Source: Lytechinus pictus (taxonomy: Eukaryota). From it: DNA of 64,000 nt. Of this stretch, positions 40,735-56,350 are shown piece by piece. The stretch covers positions 23,622,001 through 23,686,000 of the forward strand of contig NC_087257.1 of NCBI RefSeq assembly GCF_037042905.1, given 5' to 3'. The notes under the pieces were generated by a model. That model was not told the origin of the DNA. It saw only the letters and a program-made list of their open reading frames with translations, and did no database searches. The translations under genes were made by a program, and so were the position numbers. Position 1 is the stretch's first letter; each line of letters begins with the position of its first letter.

Positions 40735-43256
40735 AGGACAAGGTATGTGAATTAAAATGAAGTTTAAATTTAATGTCAATTTAGAGTGAAATAGGCAAAA
40801 AGCATCTTTTGGTATAAATGGAATGAACTGTAGGCCTAGCACCTGCACCATATTAACAGTCAAAATGTTAAATGAAGAATCTCTTACAAGAAAAAAAATA
40901 ACTTTTCTCTCTCAAGATAAATCATGTACATCAGCAAGGCTTGGCTCAAATAAAATTTCAATGCATTCAAGAAAAAAGACATCATGTTTTTCTCTACAGC
41001 TGGGCAAGTAAATAAATTATGGACCGCTTTTTACTGAGTGGATCTGTAAGAAGATCAAGATGACTGAAATGCATCTTGAATATTTTCTTCATCTTGAGGG
41101 TTAAAACCACCTGCATCCCATTTCATTCAGTCCCTTCCTGGAATCTTTCCCTATCCTCCCTGAAGACCCACAGATGAAAAAAAAAACACTAGACCCATTC
41201 ACACTATGCAAAATGTAACAAATAATAAAAAAAATGCTTACATTATAAAAGGCTTGGTCCCACTGCACATACGAATGCAGAGAGGATGTACCGCGGAAGA
41301 GAATCTTGCCATCCATTGGAAAACATTATGTATACGTTGTATACTCTTTGCATGAGTTTCATACGCTCTTTATCCATCCACTGTGATTTCATTGTTCGCC
41401 CATTCTGTCCATTGTCTGGAGCGGATGAAAACGGATGGAGCCACCCCGAAATTTTACTTGTCCGCTGTATCCGTTATGAATACGTTTTGTGTCCGCCGGC
41501 CAGTGAGACCAGGCCTTTAGCTTTTATGTATGTGGAGAAAACAAACTCTGCAAATAATGTTGATGTGAGCTTGCCATTTGATTTCAAGTACCCAAAGTGT
41601 TCATATTTACATGAAAGTGCATAAAATGTTATCCATCATTGTTGATTTAGATCAATAGATTTTTTTGTCAAGTGAAAGGTGAAGCAACAATTAGATCTTT
41701 TATTGCAAAATAATGATTATTCACAATTATGTTGAGAGCAAATTTAAAACTTCTTTTTAAAGAACACCCTATAAAGGTGTATTTTGTATCATGTTCCAAT
41801 GGGCACATAAAATATTGTCGAGTAAAACCTTTTTGTTGTAATTGACAATATGCAATTATTTTATCTTTGCAACTAGCGGCTATTTATATGGAGTGACTTT
41901 ACTCCACAACTTAACCACCTCCCCTCTTGCTCTGCATACATGCCTTATTCATGAGTTGTGAATACAAGTGAACGACGCACACACCTTCAACAATACAGCC
42001 AAAAGAACATGTATACAAAAGGAAGGGTAAATGGGAGCTGGCATCACCCCATATAGTTCCAGCGGTCTTTTGCTACCACTATATCCCACTCAGAGAAAGA
42101 AGATAATCAATTATTAATGAAGGGATAGATCCTATTATAAGTCGCCGTTGAATAGAAAGGAGAGAAAGAATGGGACATTTCTGTAAACAACCTCCTCCAT
42201 TGTGTCCCACCCCCCATATTGATTTAACGCATGTGTAGTGGTCACTTATGTTTTACGCACAGGATTTAACTGTTAAAGTTATGAGCAATCTATTATGCAC
42301 TTCTAACGAGTACAGTTTATGAAAATAAAGGATACATCTAATAATTTGAGAAGCAAAGCCTTTTAAACCAACTCCTACTCTTTTGTTTTGATTTGAATAA
42401 ATCAACCAATTAGTCAAATTTATCTTGCTAAAATAGTGACGAGTCTTCTCTGAATAGCAAAACACTGTTCGCATACATGATGGAGTATCTCATGACAAAA
42501 ATGTACATGACTATTTGATGATACAAAACAGCCGAACTAAAAATTAATTTAAAAATAGACGAATGTAGAACACAAATCATCACACTAGACTTTCTTTCCA
42601 ACACTTTCTTTTCTCAAGAATAGCTATTTAAGTATTTTTCATCACCCAGAAAGAAAACATCTTTCACCAGCATAGCTCTATGCTACATTGAAACTTCATC
42701 ATTAGATTTCATGAAATGAAACACATTTTTTCAAGTAATCAACTCATCATTTAACACCACCACAGTCACAGAATGGATAAAAGGATTCAACACTTCAGAA
42801 GTGAAAGTGTACAGAATAATTGTGCACTTTCATAAACTAAACTTTCTTACAAAATACAAGGTAAACATACAGTACTCAATGAGCAATTTTTGTTAGGAGT
42901 ATTGCAAAAGACTTCCAACTAAATTGCAAGTCAATTTACACTCCCTTTATAAAAAAAGACTTTCTTAAAATTGCAATTGATATTTGCAATCAATTGCAAA
43001 TGAGGTTCTTGCCATTTGCAACACACTCTCATTCTCATTTAGATCTATGTATGACTCGCATGTAAGTTATTGTTGAAATGATTTGTAAAATCTTACTCTT
43101 CACATGATGTACTATGTATTTCGACCCATGCTCTAAAATGACTAAAAAAAAGCAGAGTTCAGACTTGCTACAGGAAAACATCTTTCATCTTTCATAGTAC
43201 TCACTCAGAAGCTCGAAAGAGAATTATTAAAAAGCACTTTCACGTGCGACACTCAC

Positions 43257-43487
43257 CATCTTTCTTGTAAAACGTGATCTCGACCTGACTCTCCTCGCCC
43301 CTCTCAAGGGCGTTTTTAATCCGAGTAATTCCTTCCTCACTTGTGTTTTCCCCGTACAGAAATTCACAACAGCACGATTTTTGCATGAGCTCTGCCCGGG
43401 AGAATCCGCTGAGCTCCCCAAAGCCATCGTTGCAAAATATAATGGCACATCCCTCCACTTGTGCGTTTCCTATAATAAAATTGCGAT
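43257..43487 (-). CDS. KCNH2/6/7 (erg): Coding exon 2 of the ERG channel (PAS/eag domain)
   Basis: Acceptor ...ATAAACCAG| at 43490-43488 and donor GTGAGT at 43256-43251; 231 nt, in frame with exon 1. Reads (N)RNFIIGNAQVEGCAIIFCNDGFGELSGFSRAELMQKSCCCEFLYGENTSEEGITRIKNALERGEESQVEITFYKKD(G), matching the hERG PAS segment [39 protein letters not shown]...VEIAFYRKDG. Confidence 0.97.
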
Positions 43488-46470
<2,983 letters not shown>

Positions 46471-48227
46471 TTCTTAATAGAGATTTTGATTCAGATCATT
46501 TCTTTCTTCGCTGTCACATTTCGTGTATTTTTTTTAGTTCCAGCTACAGGTTATTGTGTACAGAGAGTGGTCGCCTACTATGATTTGTCAAGTAGTGAAA
46601 AAAAAAAGGGGGGGGGGGGGGTAAGATGAGAGGGAAAAGTGAAAGAAGAAAGAATATACTAAAGACGTCTGGGCGGTGTTACTCGATTGCCCCTCTTAGA
46701 AAAAGAGTTCTCAGATGGCTTGCCCCGTACGCCCTATTTTTTAACCTGTAAAGGTAGTGGGGAAAAAAGGATTCCAAACAGCCAATTTGGAACCTTTTTT
46801 AGGTCTTCGATCACGTAAAGAATCTTTCATGTTCATTTTTTCTCAAGGGTTCCAGTACGGGACAAAAGAGTTCCAACATGTCCAATTCGCACACCCCGCC
46901 CCTCGCACCCAACATTACACTGTAAAAACGCCGTTCAAAATTTAAAGCACGTTGTTTAAGCCCGTCATTCTAACAACTACTGTTAAAACCTTTTAAACAA
47001 CTTGTTGTTAGAGTAACATGCTTAAAAAACGTTTCCCAAGGGATAGGGGAATAGGTGATGAAAATAAAATAATTGAAATTAAAACAAAATAAAACAAAAT
47101 AAAACAAAATAAAACAGAAAGGAGACCGTGTCATAAAATGGAAGAAAGATAGTCCAATACTGAAACGGCCTCCTCGATCGGTAGACCCATAAATAGAAAG
47201 ATAGAGTGTGTGAGAACACAAATAGAAAGAAAACAAAGGAAAGAGAGAAGAAAAGGGAGAAAATAAGAAATAATAAAGAAAACAGGGACCTGGGAACGAT
47301 TTTTTCAGTGGGGGTGCTGAAATCTCTCCTCAAAGGTGGGGGGGGGGACACAATTGAGTTTTCCATAATTACACACACACCTCTAAGGGCACCACACACA
47401 CACACCAACCCCCCCACACACATATATATATACATACATACATATATATGACAGTCACTTCTTAGCTTTCTTCTTATAAAAGAACATAGATATGTATTTA
47501 GATAACTCGAGCGCGAAGCGCGAGCAATTTTTTTATTTTTTTGTCCTGAAAATTGAACATTTTGAGCAATGTTTGTCGTCCTGAACAAGATGTGTATGTA
47601 ACAAATAATAACTGCGAACGTGATCAGTGCAAGCATATATTTTTTATATACGCTCTTGTATGATCGAAAGGGAAGTGCTAAATGACTGTTTGCAGTTACC
47701 CATTAAGACGATACATATATCAGCAATCAAATAATGCGAGCGCGAAGCGCGAGCTGAAAAATTTGACATTCCGACCTAAATACTGGACATTCTAAGCTTT
47801 TTTTGCAATCATGAACAGGATAGGTATATAACTATACAATTGATGCGAGTGGGAAGCACGAGCGGAAACAAAATTGAGATTTCAGACCAAAAAAACGAGA
47901 CATTCTAAGCACTTTTCTAATAATGAAGAGGATAGGTATATAACTATACAATTGATGCGAGCGCGAAGCGCGAGCGGAAATAAAAATGAGATTTCAGACC
48001 TAAAAACAGGACATCTTAAGCACTTTTCTAATCATGAACAGGATAGGTATATCATATACAATTGATGCGAGCGCAAAGCACGAGCGGAAACAAAATTGAG
48101 ATTTCAGACCTATAATTGGGACATTCTATTCATGTTTTGTAAATCAAGAAAATTATGGGTAATGGGATATATTCTAACATTAATAATGTAAGCGCGAAGC
48201 GCGAGCAGAAAATTTTTGATATTCTGA

Positions 48228-49020
48228 TCTGAAACTCCACACTGAATGTAATATGGTTTGAACAGATAAAGAAAAATCAGACGAACATAAGAATAAAGAT
48301 TTGATCAAAATCCGACAAGGAAATCAAAGTTATTGCATTTTAAAGATTAGCATTATTCCTGTGAAACAGTTTTAAGCATGTCTTCATTAATATTCAATGA
48401 GCAAACTGATGATGTCATATCCCCACTTGTTATTTTGTATTTTATTATATAAAATTAGGTTTATTTAATATTTTCCCTTCAAGAACCAAAAACAGTTGAA
48501 TTGACAACTGATTTAGTCCATTAGATATTCTTTGCTGCAACTTATTTCATTATAAGGGAGACATATCATTCACACTGGTATGAAAAAATGGAACAATTTT
48601 GATTCCATGTAATAACACAAGAAACAGGATAGTGGGGATGTGACATCTTCAACCCACATGGGCGGAAATCCCAGAGGGGACAGGGGGACGTGTCCCCCTA
48701 CCGAAAATAGTAGGGGGACACAATATCAAATGTCCCCCCTACTATTTTTTGGTCTTTCATGGAGAAAAATACATCACTTCACAATCGAAATAATACCTTT
48801 TGGACTAAATGACCTTACATTTTGGGTGAAAAACTTTTTTTTTCTTTTTTTTTGCTTGTCAAATTTCTCAGGCCCTGGTCCCCCTACCTTTGGGGACAGA
48901 TTTCCGCACATGTCAACCCACCTATTAAATGTTCATGACGACATGCATATCACCATTTTCATAAAACTTTAGAATTATATAACTTAACTATTTGTTATCA
49001 GATTTTCATAAAATTGTATT
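48228..49020. mobile_element. Decayed Kolobok-like element nested in the composite hAT element
   Basis: Shares internal motifs (TCAAAATC(C/G)GA, CTGATGATGTCAT..CAC..TTTTGTATTTTATTATAT) with 51502-52100 and 55187-55785; its ends are not clean. Confidence 0.55.
48657..48912. mobile_element. 256-bp hAT-like MITE with 8-bp TSD, nested
   Basis: TCAACCCA|CATGGGCGGAAATC ... GATTTCCGCACATG|TCAACCCA. Confidence 0.9.
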
Positions 49021-50596
49021 TGATATTAATATTTTCAGCCCGGAGTAGCCCCAAAACAATGTGTGTATCTGAATAAACATGCGTGCGCGTGTTTAGAGTA
49101 AGACCTAGTATCTGGGCATTGTAAATATTTTTTTATTATAAAAATCAATAATGTGAGCGCGAAGCGCGAGCAGAAAATATTTGATATTCCGATCTCAAAA
49201 AGGGTGAATTTAAACACTATGTTAAGTACTGTGTCGGAAAATTCTGAAGTGGGGGGGGGGGGGGGGGGTTCTACAATTAAAACGTCGTTCATTGTCATTA
49301 CATTTCTGTCATTTATCAACTTACCACTAGATTTTCAGGAGGTGCTGCCTATGGAAAATAACACATGCAGCACCCCCAAATTTTGGGGGTGCTTCACCCC
49401 GCACCCCCGCTTCCCAGGGCCATGGGGCAGGGCGAAAGAGACTGTGAAATTTGATTTATTTTCTATTGTCTGACTTGTAATTGTTTATACAAAACACGGG
49501 CGGTCGGGCGCGCGCACACTTGATTTGACATAATATAAAACCTGGAAGTTTCAAGTCAACCACACCCAATCGATAGCAGGGAGGGACATGGCATGTCCCT
49601 CCCTGCTATCGAGTAGTGTGTAAACTATGGTTATCACGTATCGCGCGCGACCACGTCTGTATCGGTGTGCCGGAGCTTGATTGAGTCGCGTTATAGGAAT
49701 ATGTGAAAGACTATGTAAATGATTTGCGATTGTCGGATGTGATAATTATGTCCATTATAACATATATAAAAAAAATACAAAGGGAACCTGATTTCGTGGG
49801 GGTGCTGCCTATGGAGAATAATACACGCAGCACCCCCAGGAAAATTTCTGGGGGTGCTTCAGCACCCCCAGCACCCCCGCTTCCCAGGTCCCTGAAAGAA
49901 AATTAAGAAAAAATGTAAAACAAAATACCAATAAACCTTTTTCTTAAAGGTGTGAAATTGATGAGAGCAGAAAAGTCATTGCCCCGGCAAAAAAAACAGA
50001 CACAAAATCAAGGCTGGGCGTTGCCGTTCACCTACAGTTTAAGGGACGGGGCCCGGTAGGCACATAATTCACAGGCCACCATCTCCCAACCAGAATCTAC
50101 GTAAAATATGCAAAAAAAAAAAAAAATGATAATAAAAAAATATATAAGAACATGACTGGGCGTGGCCGTTCACCTACAGTTTAAGAGACAAGGCCCGGTA
50201 GGCACATAATTCACAGGCCACCATCTCCAAGCCAGAATCTACATAAAAGATGCAAAATATCAAATATAATAAGGGGAAAATAAATTTAAAAAACATGACT
50301 GGGCATGGCCGTTCACCTACAGTTTAAGGGACAATGCCCGGTAGGCACATAATTCACAGGCCACCATCTCCCAGTCAGAATCTACATAAAAGATGCAAAA
50401 TATCAAATATAATAAGGAAAAAAATAGATTAAAAAAAAACATGACTGGGCATGGCCGTTCACCTATACAGGTAAAGACAAGGTCTGGTATGCACATTTAT
50501 TCACAGGCCACCATCTCCCAGCCAAGTATTAACTAATCTTAACTACAAGTAATCTGACTGGGCGTGGGCGTTTACCTAAAGGGGTAATGCCCTGTA

Positions 50597-50852
50597 CACT
50601 CTAAAAAAAATATTGGGTAAATATGCTCCAAGAGGGTAATTATGTGTCCAACTTACATTGGGCATTTCTTTTGGGCATTTTTATTTATCCAGTGTGATGG
50701 AAATTTTGCCCATTCTAAAGTAAGTGCTGCTTGTGTTTTTTAACCTTACTGGACAATATGCTTTCCGCATTGGGTAAAATACTGCCCAAAATTGGTTGGA
50801 CACATAATTACTCTCATGCTGGTTAAAATTTCACCCAATATTTATTACAGTG
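50597..50852. mobile_element. CACT-terminal MITE, TA TSD, inserted in an array unit
   Basis: TA|CACTCTAAAAAAAATATTGGGT ... ACCCAATATTTATTACAGTG|TA; removing it restores CCCTGTAGGCACA. Confidence 0.88.
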
Positions 50853-50936
50853 TAGGCACATTATTCACCAGTCACCATCTCACCACCAATTACTTGTAAT
50901 AACTAATCTAAGCCAATCCTGATATGACTGGGCGTA

Positions 50937-51189
50937 CACTGCAAAAACACCGGTGTTGATTTAACACCAGCCTGGAATCTATAAGTCCACACCAGAGAAG
51001 TGTTAAATTACACCAGTTTGGTTTTGGTCTAACACCAGTTTGGTTTTGGTCTAACACCATATAGGTGTTTATACAACACCAATTAGTATTAAAACAGCAC
51101 GGGTTTGATTCAAAAGTGCTTCTCTGCATTAAGGTGTGGACATATAGATTCCGGGCTGGTGTTAAATCAACACCGGAGTTTTTGCAGCG
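50937..51189. mobile_element. CACTG-terminal MITE, TA TSD, inserted in an array unit
   Basis: TA|CACTGCAAAAACACCGGTGTTGATTTAACACCAGCC ... GGCTGGTGTTAAATCAACACCGGAGTTTTTGCAGCG|TA. Confidence 0.9.
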
Positions 51190-51209
51190 TAGCCGTTCAT
51201 CTACCATTA

Positions 51210-51439
51210 CACTGCAAAAACTTCGGTGTTGATTTAAGACCAGCCCGGAATCTTATATGTCCACACCAGAGAAGTATTGAAACACCAGTTTGGAATCAAA
51301 CCGATGCTGTTTTGATACTAATTGGTGTTGTAGTCCTATCTGGTGTTAGACCAAAACGAAACTGGTGTTAACACTTCTCTGGTGTGGACATATATAGATT
51401 CCGGACTGGTGTTAAATCAGCACCAGAGTTTTTGCAGTG
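51210..51439. mobile_element. Second copy of the CACTG MITE, inverted relative to 50937-51189
   Basis: Same TIRs and TA TSD; the interior GCTGTTTTGATACTAATTGGTG is the near reverse complement of CACCAATTAGTATTAAAACAGC in the first copy. Confidence 0.9.
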
Positions 51440-51501
51440 TACAATGGCAAGGCACTGTAGGCACATATTCACAGGACCACCATCTCCGAACCAGTTGTTA
51501 A

Positions 51502-52100
51502 ATGACAAGTCCACCCAACAAAAAGGGTTTTTTTAATAAAAATATAAAAAAATCCAACAAGCATAACACTGAAAATTTCATCAAACTCGTTTGTTAAATA
51601 AAATAGTTATTTTATAGTATTTTAAAGTTTTGCTTAATTTCACAAAACAGTTATATGCACGTCCTGGTCAGTATGGAAATGAGGAGACTGATGATGTCAT
51701 CCACTCACTATTCCTTTTGTATATCATTATATGAAATACGAAATATTCAAATTTTCTCATCATTGTCAAGTGAAACGATTAATTCCTCCCCAATCTGTAG
51801 AATTAATATTTGTTAATACTACATGGTTCGGTCAAGTTGTTCCTTATTGTGAAATATGTAAAAATGAAATATTGTATAATTCAAAGAATAATAACAAAAC
51901 AAAATAGTGAGTGAAGGACATCATCGACGGTCTCATTTTCATGTCACTGAGTTGTGCATTATGACTGGGGGAAAAAAGAGAAAATTTAGAATGTCGTAAC
52001 TTTCTTATTTTACATCCGATTTTGATGACATTTTCAGCATAATGCTAGATTTACTTTCTCTATTGATTCAAACAACATTTTTCTGGGGTGGACATTACCT
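51502..52100. mobile_element. ~600-bp Kolobok-like non-autonomous element, TTAA TSD
   Basis: TTAA|ATGACAAGTCCACCC ... GGGGTGGACATTACCT|TTAA; homologous to 55187-55785. Confidence 0.85.
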
Positions 52101-52128
52101 TTAACAATACTTATCTAAACTACTCCTG

Positions 52129-52273
52129 GGGCCCGTTGCAGAAAGAGTTGCGTTTAAACGCAAGCCAAAAAATAAATCGCAAGTCCCAAATGCGCGCTGT
52201 TGATTGGTTGAAAATCAAGTTGCGCATGATTTTTAGAGTTGCGATTGATTGCAACTCTTTCTGCAACGGGCCC
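52129..52273. mobile_element. 145-bp Harbinger-like MITE, CTG TSD
   Basis: CTG|GGGCCCGTTGCAGAAAGAGTTGC ... GCAACTCTTTCTGCAACGGGCCC|CTG; perfect 23-bp TIRs. Confidence 0.92.
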
Positions 52274-55186
52274 CTGGTATGACTGGGCGTGGTCGTTCAC
52301 TTACAATTAAAGCTACAAGGCCCATGTAGGCACATAATTCATCGGCCATATCTCCCAACAAGGAATGGGCGTGGTCATTCACCTACACTTTAAAGGCCCG
52401 GTAGGCACTTAATTCACAGTCCACCATCTCCCAGCCAGGTATTAACTTATCTAAAATAAAAATAATCCAAATGGGCGTGGCCGTTCACCTATATAGTTTA
52501 AGGGGCGAGGCCCGATAGGCATATATTTAATTCACAGGCTACTATCCCCATGTTAGACTATACTTAAAATATGCAAAGTATAAAAATCTATGTAAAAACA
52601 AGACTGGGACAGGGCGTGGCCGTTCACCTACAATAAAATGGCATATAATTTACAAGTCGGCATCTCCCAGCCAGGTACGACGGAAAGATTAAGATCACCC
52701 TTGATTAAAATACACAAATAATTCAAATCCCAACCATCACCAGCAAACATCAAAACAATTCAACTTAGTAGGTAGAACATTCATCGTAAGTTTAAAGGAC
52801 TTTGCCCGGTAGAATTATTATTCACCGGCCACCATCTTCCAACCAAAATCTACGTAAAAATACAAACAATAAAATATAAAAGAATATAAAAGCATGACTG
52901 ATGTCGCCGTTCACCCACAGTTAATGGGTAAGGCGCTTAGACACACAGGCCACCATCTACCAGCCAGGTACTAAATTATCTGCTACTACAAATATGCTGG
53001 GCGTGCATACTATGCAACTACAATTTAAGGGCAAGGCACGGTAGGCACATTATCACAGAACACCATCTCCTAGCCATTATTATCTCATCTAAACTACAAG
53101 TAATATGACTGGGCGTAGCCGTTCACCTACAGTTTAAGAAGTGAGGCCCGGTAGGCACATAATTCACAGTCCACCATCTCCCAGCCAGGTATTAACTTAT
53201 CTAAACTACATTTAATCTGACAGGGCGTGGTCATTCACCTAAAATTTAAAAGGCAAGGCCATGTAGACACAATTCACAGGCCACCATCACCCAGCCAGTT
53301 ATTAACTCATCTAAACTACAAGTTATCTTATTGGGCGTGGCCGTTCACCTACAGTTTAAGGGGTAAGGCCCGGTAGGCACATAATTCACAGACCACCATC
53401 TCTCAGTCAGTTATTAAATAATCTAAATTTAAAGTAATCTAACTGGGCGTAACCGTTCACCTAGAGTTTAAGGGCAAGGCCCGATAGGGACATACTCATA
53501 TATATCTCCAACTCAGAATATAATTAAAATATGTAAACTATTAAAAGAAATGTATATCAAAACAAGACTGGGACAGGGCGTGGCAGTTCACCTACAATAA
53601 AATGGAAAGGCCCGTTGGGCACATAAAATTTTTACACATCACCATCTCCCAGCAAGGAACGAAAGAAAGATTGATATCATCCTTTATTAAAATACACAAA
53701 TAATTTAAATCCAAACCATCCCCAGCAAATATCCAAACAAATCAACTGACTTGGTGGGTAAAACATTCATCTTAAGTTCAAAGGACTTTGCCCGTTAGAA
53801 TTATTATTCACCGGCCACCATCTTCCATCCAAAATCTACATAAAAAGACAAACAATAAAAAAATAAAAGAATATAAAAGCATAACTGGAGTTGCCGTTCA
53901 CGGCCTCGTAGGCACATAATTCACAGGCCACCATCTCCTAACCAATAATTATCAACTATTTTGCTAATACAAATATGCTGGGCGTGCATACTATGCAACT
54001 ACATTTTAAGGGCAAGGCACGCATGGCACATTATCACAGAACACCATCTCCTAGCCAGTTATTAACTCATCTAAACTACAAGTTATCTTATTGGGCGTGG
54101 CCGTTCACCTACAGTTTAAGGGGTAAGGCCCGGTAGGCACATAATTCACACAGACCACCATCTCTCAGTCAGTTATTAACTAATCTAAAATAAAAGTATA
54201 ATCTAACTGGGCGTAACCGTTCACCTAGAGTTTAAGAGCAAGGCCCGATAGGGACATACTCATATATATCTCCAACTCAGATTATAATTAAAATATGTAA
54301 ACTATTAAAAGAAATGTATATCAAAACAAGACTGGGACAGGGCGTGGCAGTTCACCTACAATAAAATGGAAAGGCCCGTTGGGCACATAATTTACACATC
54401 ACCATCTCCCAGCAAGGAACGAAAGAAAGATTGATATCATCCTTGATTAAAATACACAAATAATTTAAATCCCAACCATCCCCAGCAAATATCCAAACAA
54501 ATCAACTGACTTGGTGGGTAAAACATTCATCTTAAGTTCAAAGGACTTTGCCCGTTAGAATTATTATTCACCGGCCACCATCTTCCAACCAAAATCTACG
54601 TAAAAATACAACAAATCAAAAATTAAAGAATATTATAAAAGCATGACTGGCGTCGCCGTTTGTAACCCACAGTTAATGGGAAAGGCCTTGTAGGCACATA
54701 ATTCACAGGCCACCATCTCCCAACCAGGTATTAACTATTTTGCTACTACAAACATGCTTGGCGTACATACTATGCAACTACAATTTAAGGGCAAGGCACG
54801 GTATAGGCACATAATCACAGGCCACCATCTCCTTGCAGGTTATTAACTCATCTAAACTACAAGTTATGACTGGGCGTATATAGCCGTACACCTACAATTT
54901 AAGGGGCGAGGCCCGGTAGGCACATAATTCACAGGCCACCATCTCCCAGCCAGTTATCAACTAATCTAAACTACAAATATCTGCTAATCTGACTGGGTGT
55001 TGCCGTTCACCTACAAATTAAGGGGCGAGGCCCGGTAGGCACACAAGTCACATGCCACCTTATTCCAGCCAGGTTATTAACTAATCTTAACTACAAGTTA
55101 TCGGACTGGGCGTGGCTGTTCACCTACAAGGGGCGAGGCCAAGTAGGCGCATAATTCACAGGCCACATCTCCCAGCCAGTAATTAA

Positions 55187-55785
55187 AGGACAAGTCCACC
55201 CCAACAAAAACTTGATTTGAATAAAAAGAGAAAAATTCAACAAGCATAACACTGAAAATTTCATCAAAATCGGATGTAAAATAAGAAAGTTATGACATTT
55301 TTAAGTTTCGCTTCATTTCACAAAACAGTTATATGCGCATCCCGGTCGGTATGCAAATGAGGGAACCGATGACATCACTCACTCACTATTTCTTTTGTAT
55401 TTTATTATATGAACTATGAAATATTTTGATTTTCTCGTCATTGTCTAATGAAATGAAGTTTCATTCCTCCCTGAACACGTAGAATTCCATTATTTTAACA
55501 TTTTGTGGTTCAGGCAATGCGGTCCTAATCGTCAAATTCGTAAAAATTGAAATATTGTATAATTCAAACAATAAAAAACAAAAGAAATAGTGAGTGACAT
55601 CATCGACTCTCTAATTTGGATGTAACTGGCTCGTTCATATAACTATTTTGTTAAAAATAAGCGAAACTTTGAAATGTCATAACTTTCTTATTTTACATCC
55701 GATTTTGATGAAATTTTTAGCATTGTGCTTGTCTGATTTTTCTCTATTGATTCAAATCAACATTTTTCTGAGGTGGACTTGACCT
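55187..55785. mobile_element. ~600-bp Kolobok-like element, TTAA TSD, inserted in an array unit
   Basis: TTAA|AGGACAAGTCCACC ... GGTGGACTTGACCT|TTAA; removing it restores CCCAGCCAGTAATTAACTAATCTAAACTAC. Confidence 0.9.
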
Positions 55786-56350
55786 TTAACTAATCTAAAC
55801 TACAATATATCCTAATCTGACTGGGCATGGCCGTTCACCTATAGGGGTAAGACCCTGTAGAGGCACATAATTCACAGGCCACCATTAACAAATTAACCAA
55901 TCTAAATGACAAGTAATCTAACTGGGCATGGCCGTTCACCTACAATCTAAGGGGCGAGGCCCGGTAGGCACATCATTCACAGGCCATCATCTCCCAGCCA
56001 GTAATTAACTAATCTTAACTACAAGTAATCTGACTGGACGTGGCCGTTCACCTACAGTTTAAGGGGTAAGACCCTGTAGGCACACAAGTCACATGCCACC
56101 TTATTCCAGCCAGGTATTAACAAATCTTAACTACAAGTTATCGGAATGGGCGTGGCTGTTCACCTACGAGGGGCGAGGCCAAGTAGGCGCATAATTCACA
56201 GGCCACATCTCCAGCCAGTAATTAACTAATCTAAACTACAATATCTGACCGGGCATGGCCGTTCACCTCTAGGAGTAAGACCCTGTACAGGCACATAATT
56301 CACAGGCCACCATGCATTTCCCAGCAAGAATCTACATAAACTATGCAAAC

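Larger units (their letters stand above)
1..43256 (-). other. Intron 2 of the ERG gene (>43 kb, continues past the window edge)
   Basis: Starts at the GTGAGT donor. I found no exon encoding the expected PAC continuation (CLVDVVPVKNE...MFILNFE-like) by eye. Long second introns are known in vertebrate KCNH genes. Confidence 0.7.
47283..49894. mobile_element. 2.6-kb composite non-autonomous hAT-like element, 8-bp TSD
   Basis: TIRs CAGGGACCTGGGAA / TTCCCAGGTCCCTG; TSD AAAGAAAA at 47275-47282 and 49895-49902. The interior has ~110-bp repeats with GCGAGCGCGAAGCGCGAGC, nested elements and a second older 3' end at ~49341-49424. Confidence 0.85.

Noticed and set aside
1-43256. Apparent abundance of TGACAG (Meis/TGIF) sites in intron 2
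   Set aside because: My rough count (about 20) is close to the chance expectation for a hexamer in 43 kb at this base composition.
50154-50230. Assignment of the array monomer to HDV-like, twister, hairpin or hammerhead ribozymes, or to SECIS
   Set aside because: TTCACCT resembles the HDV/CPEB3 L3 loop, but P3 and the pseudoknot pairings cannot be formed. No CUGANGA/GAAA core is present and SECIS helix II would be too short.
53100-53410. Minus-strand array unit translates as WEMVACELCAYRA, resembling the CxxC half of a C2H2 zinc finger
   Set aside because: A stop follows within a few codons, no HxxxH is present, and indels between units do not preserve frame.
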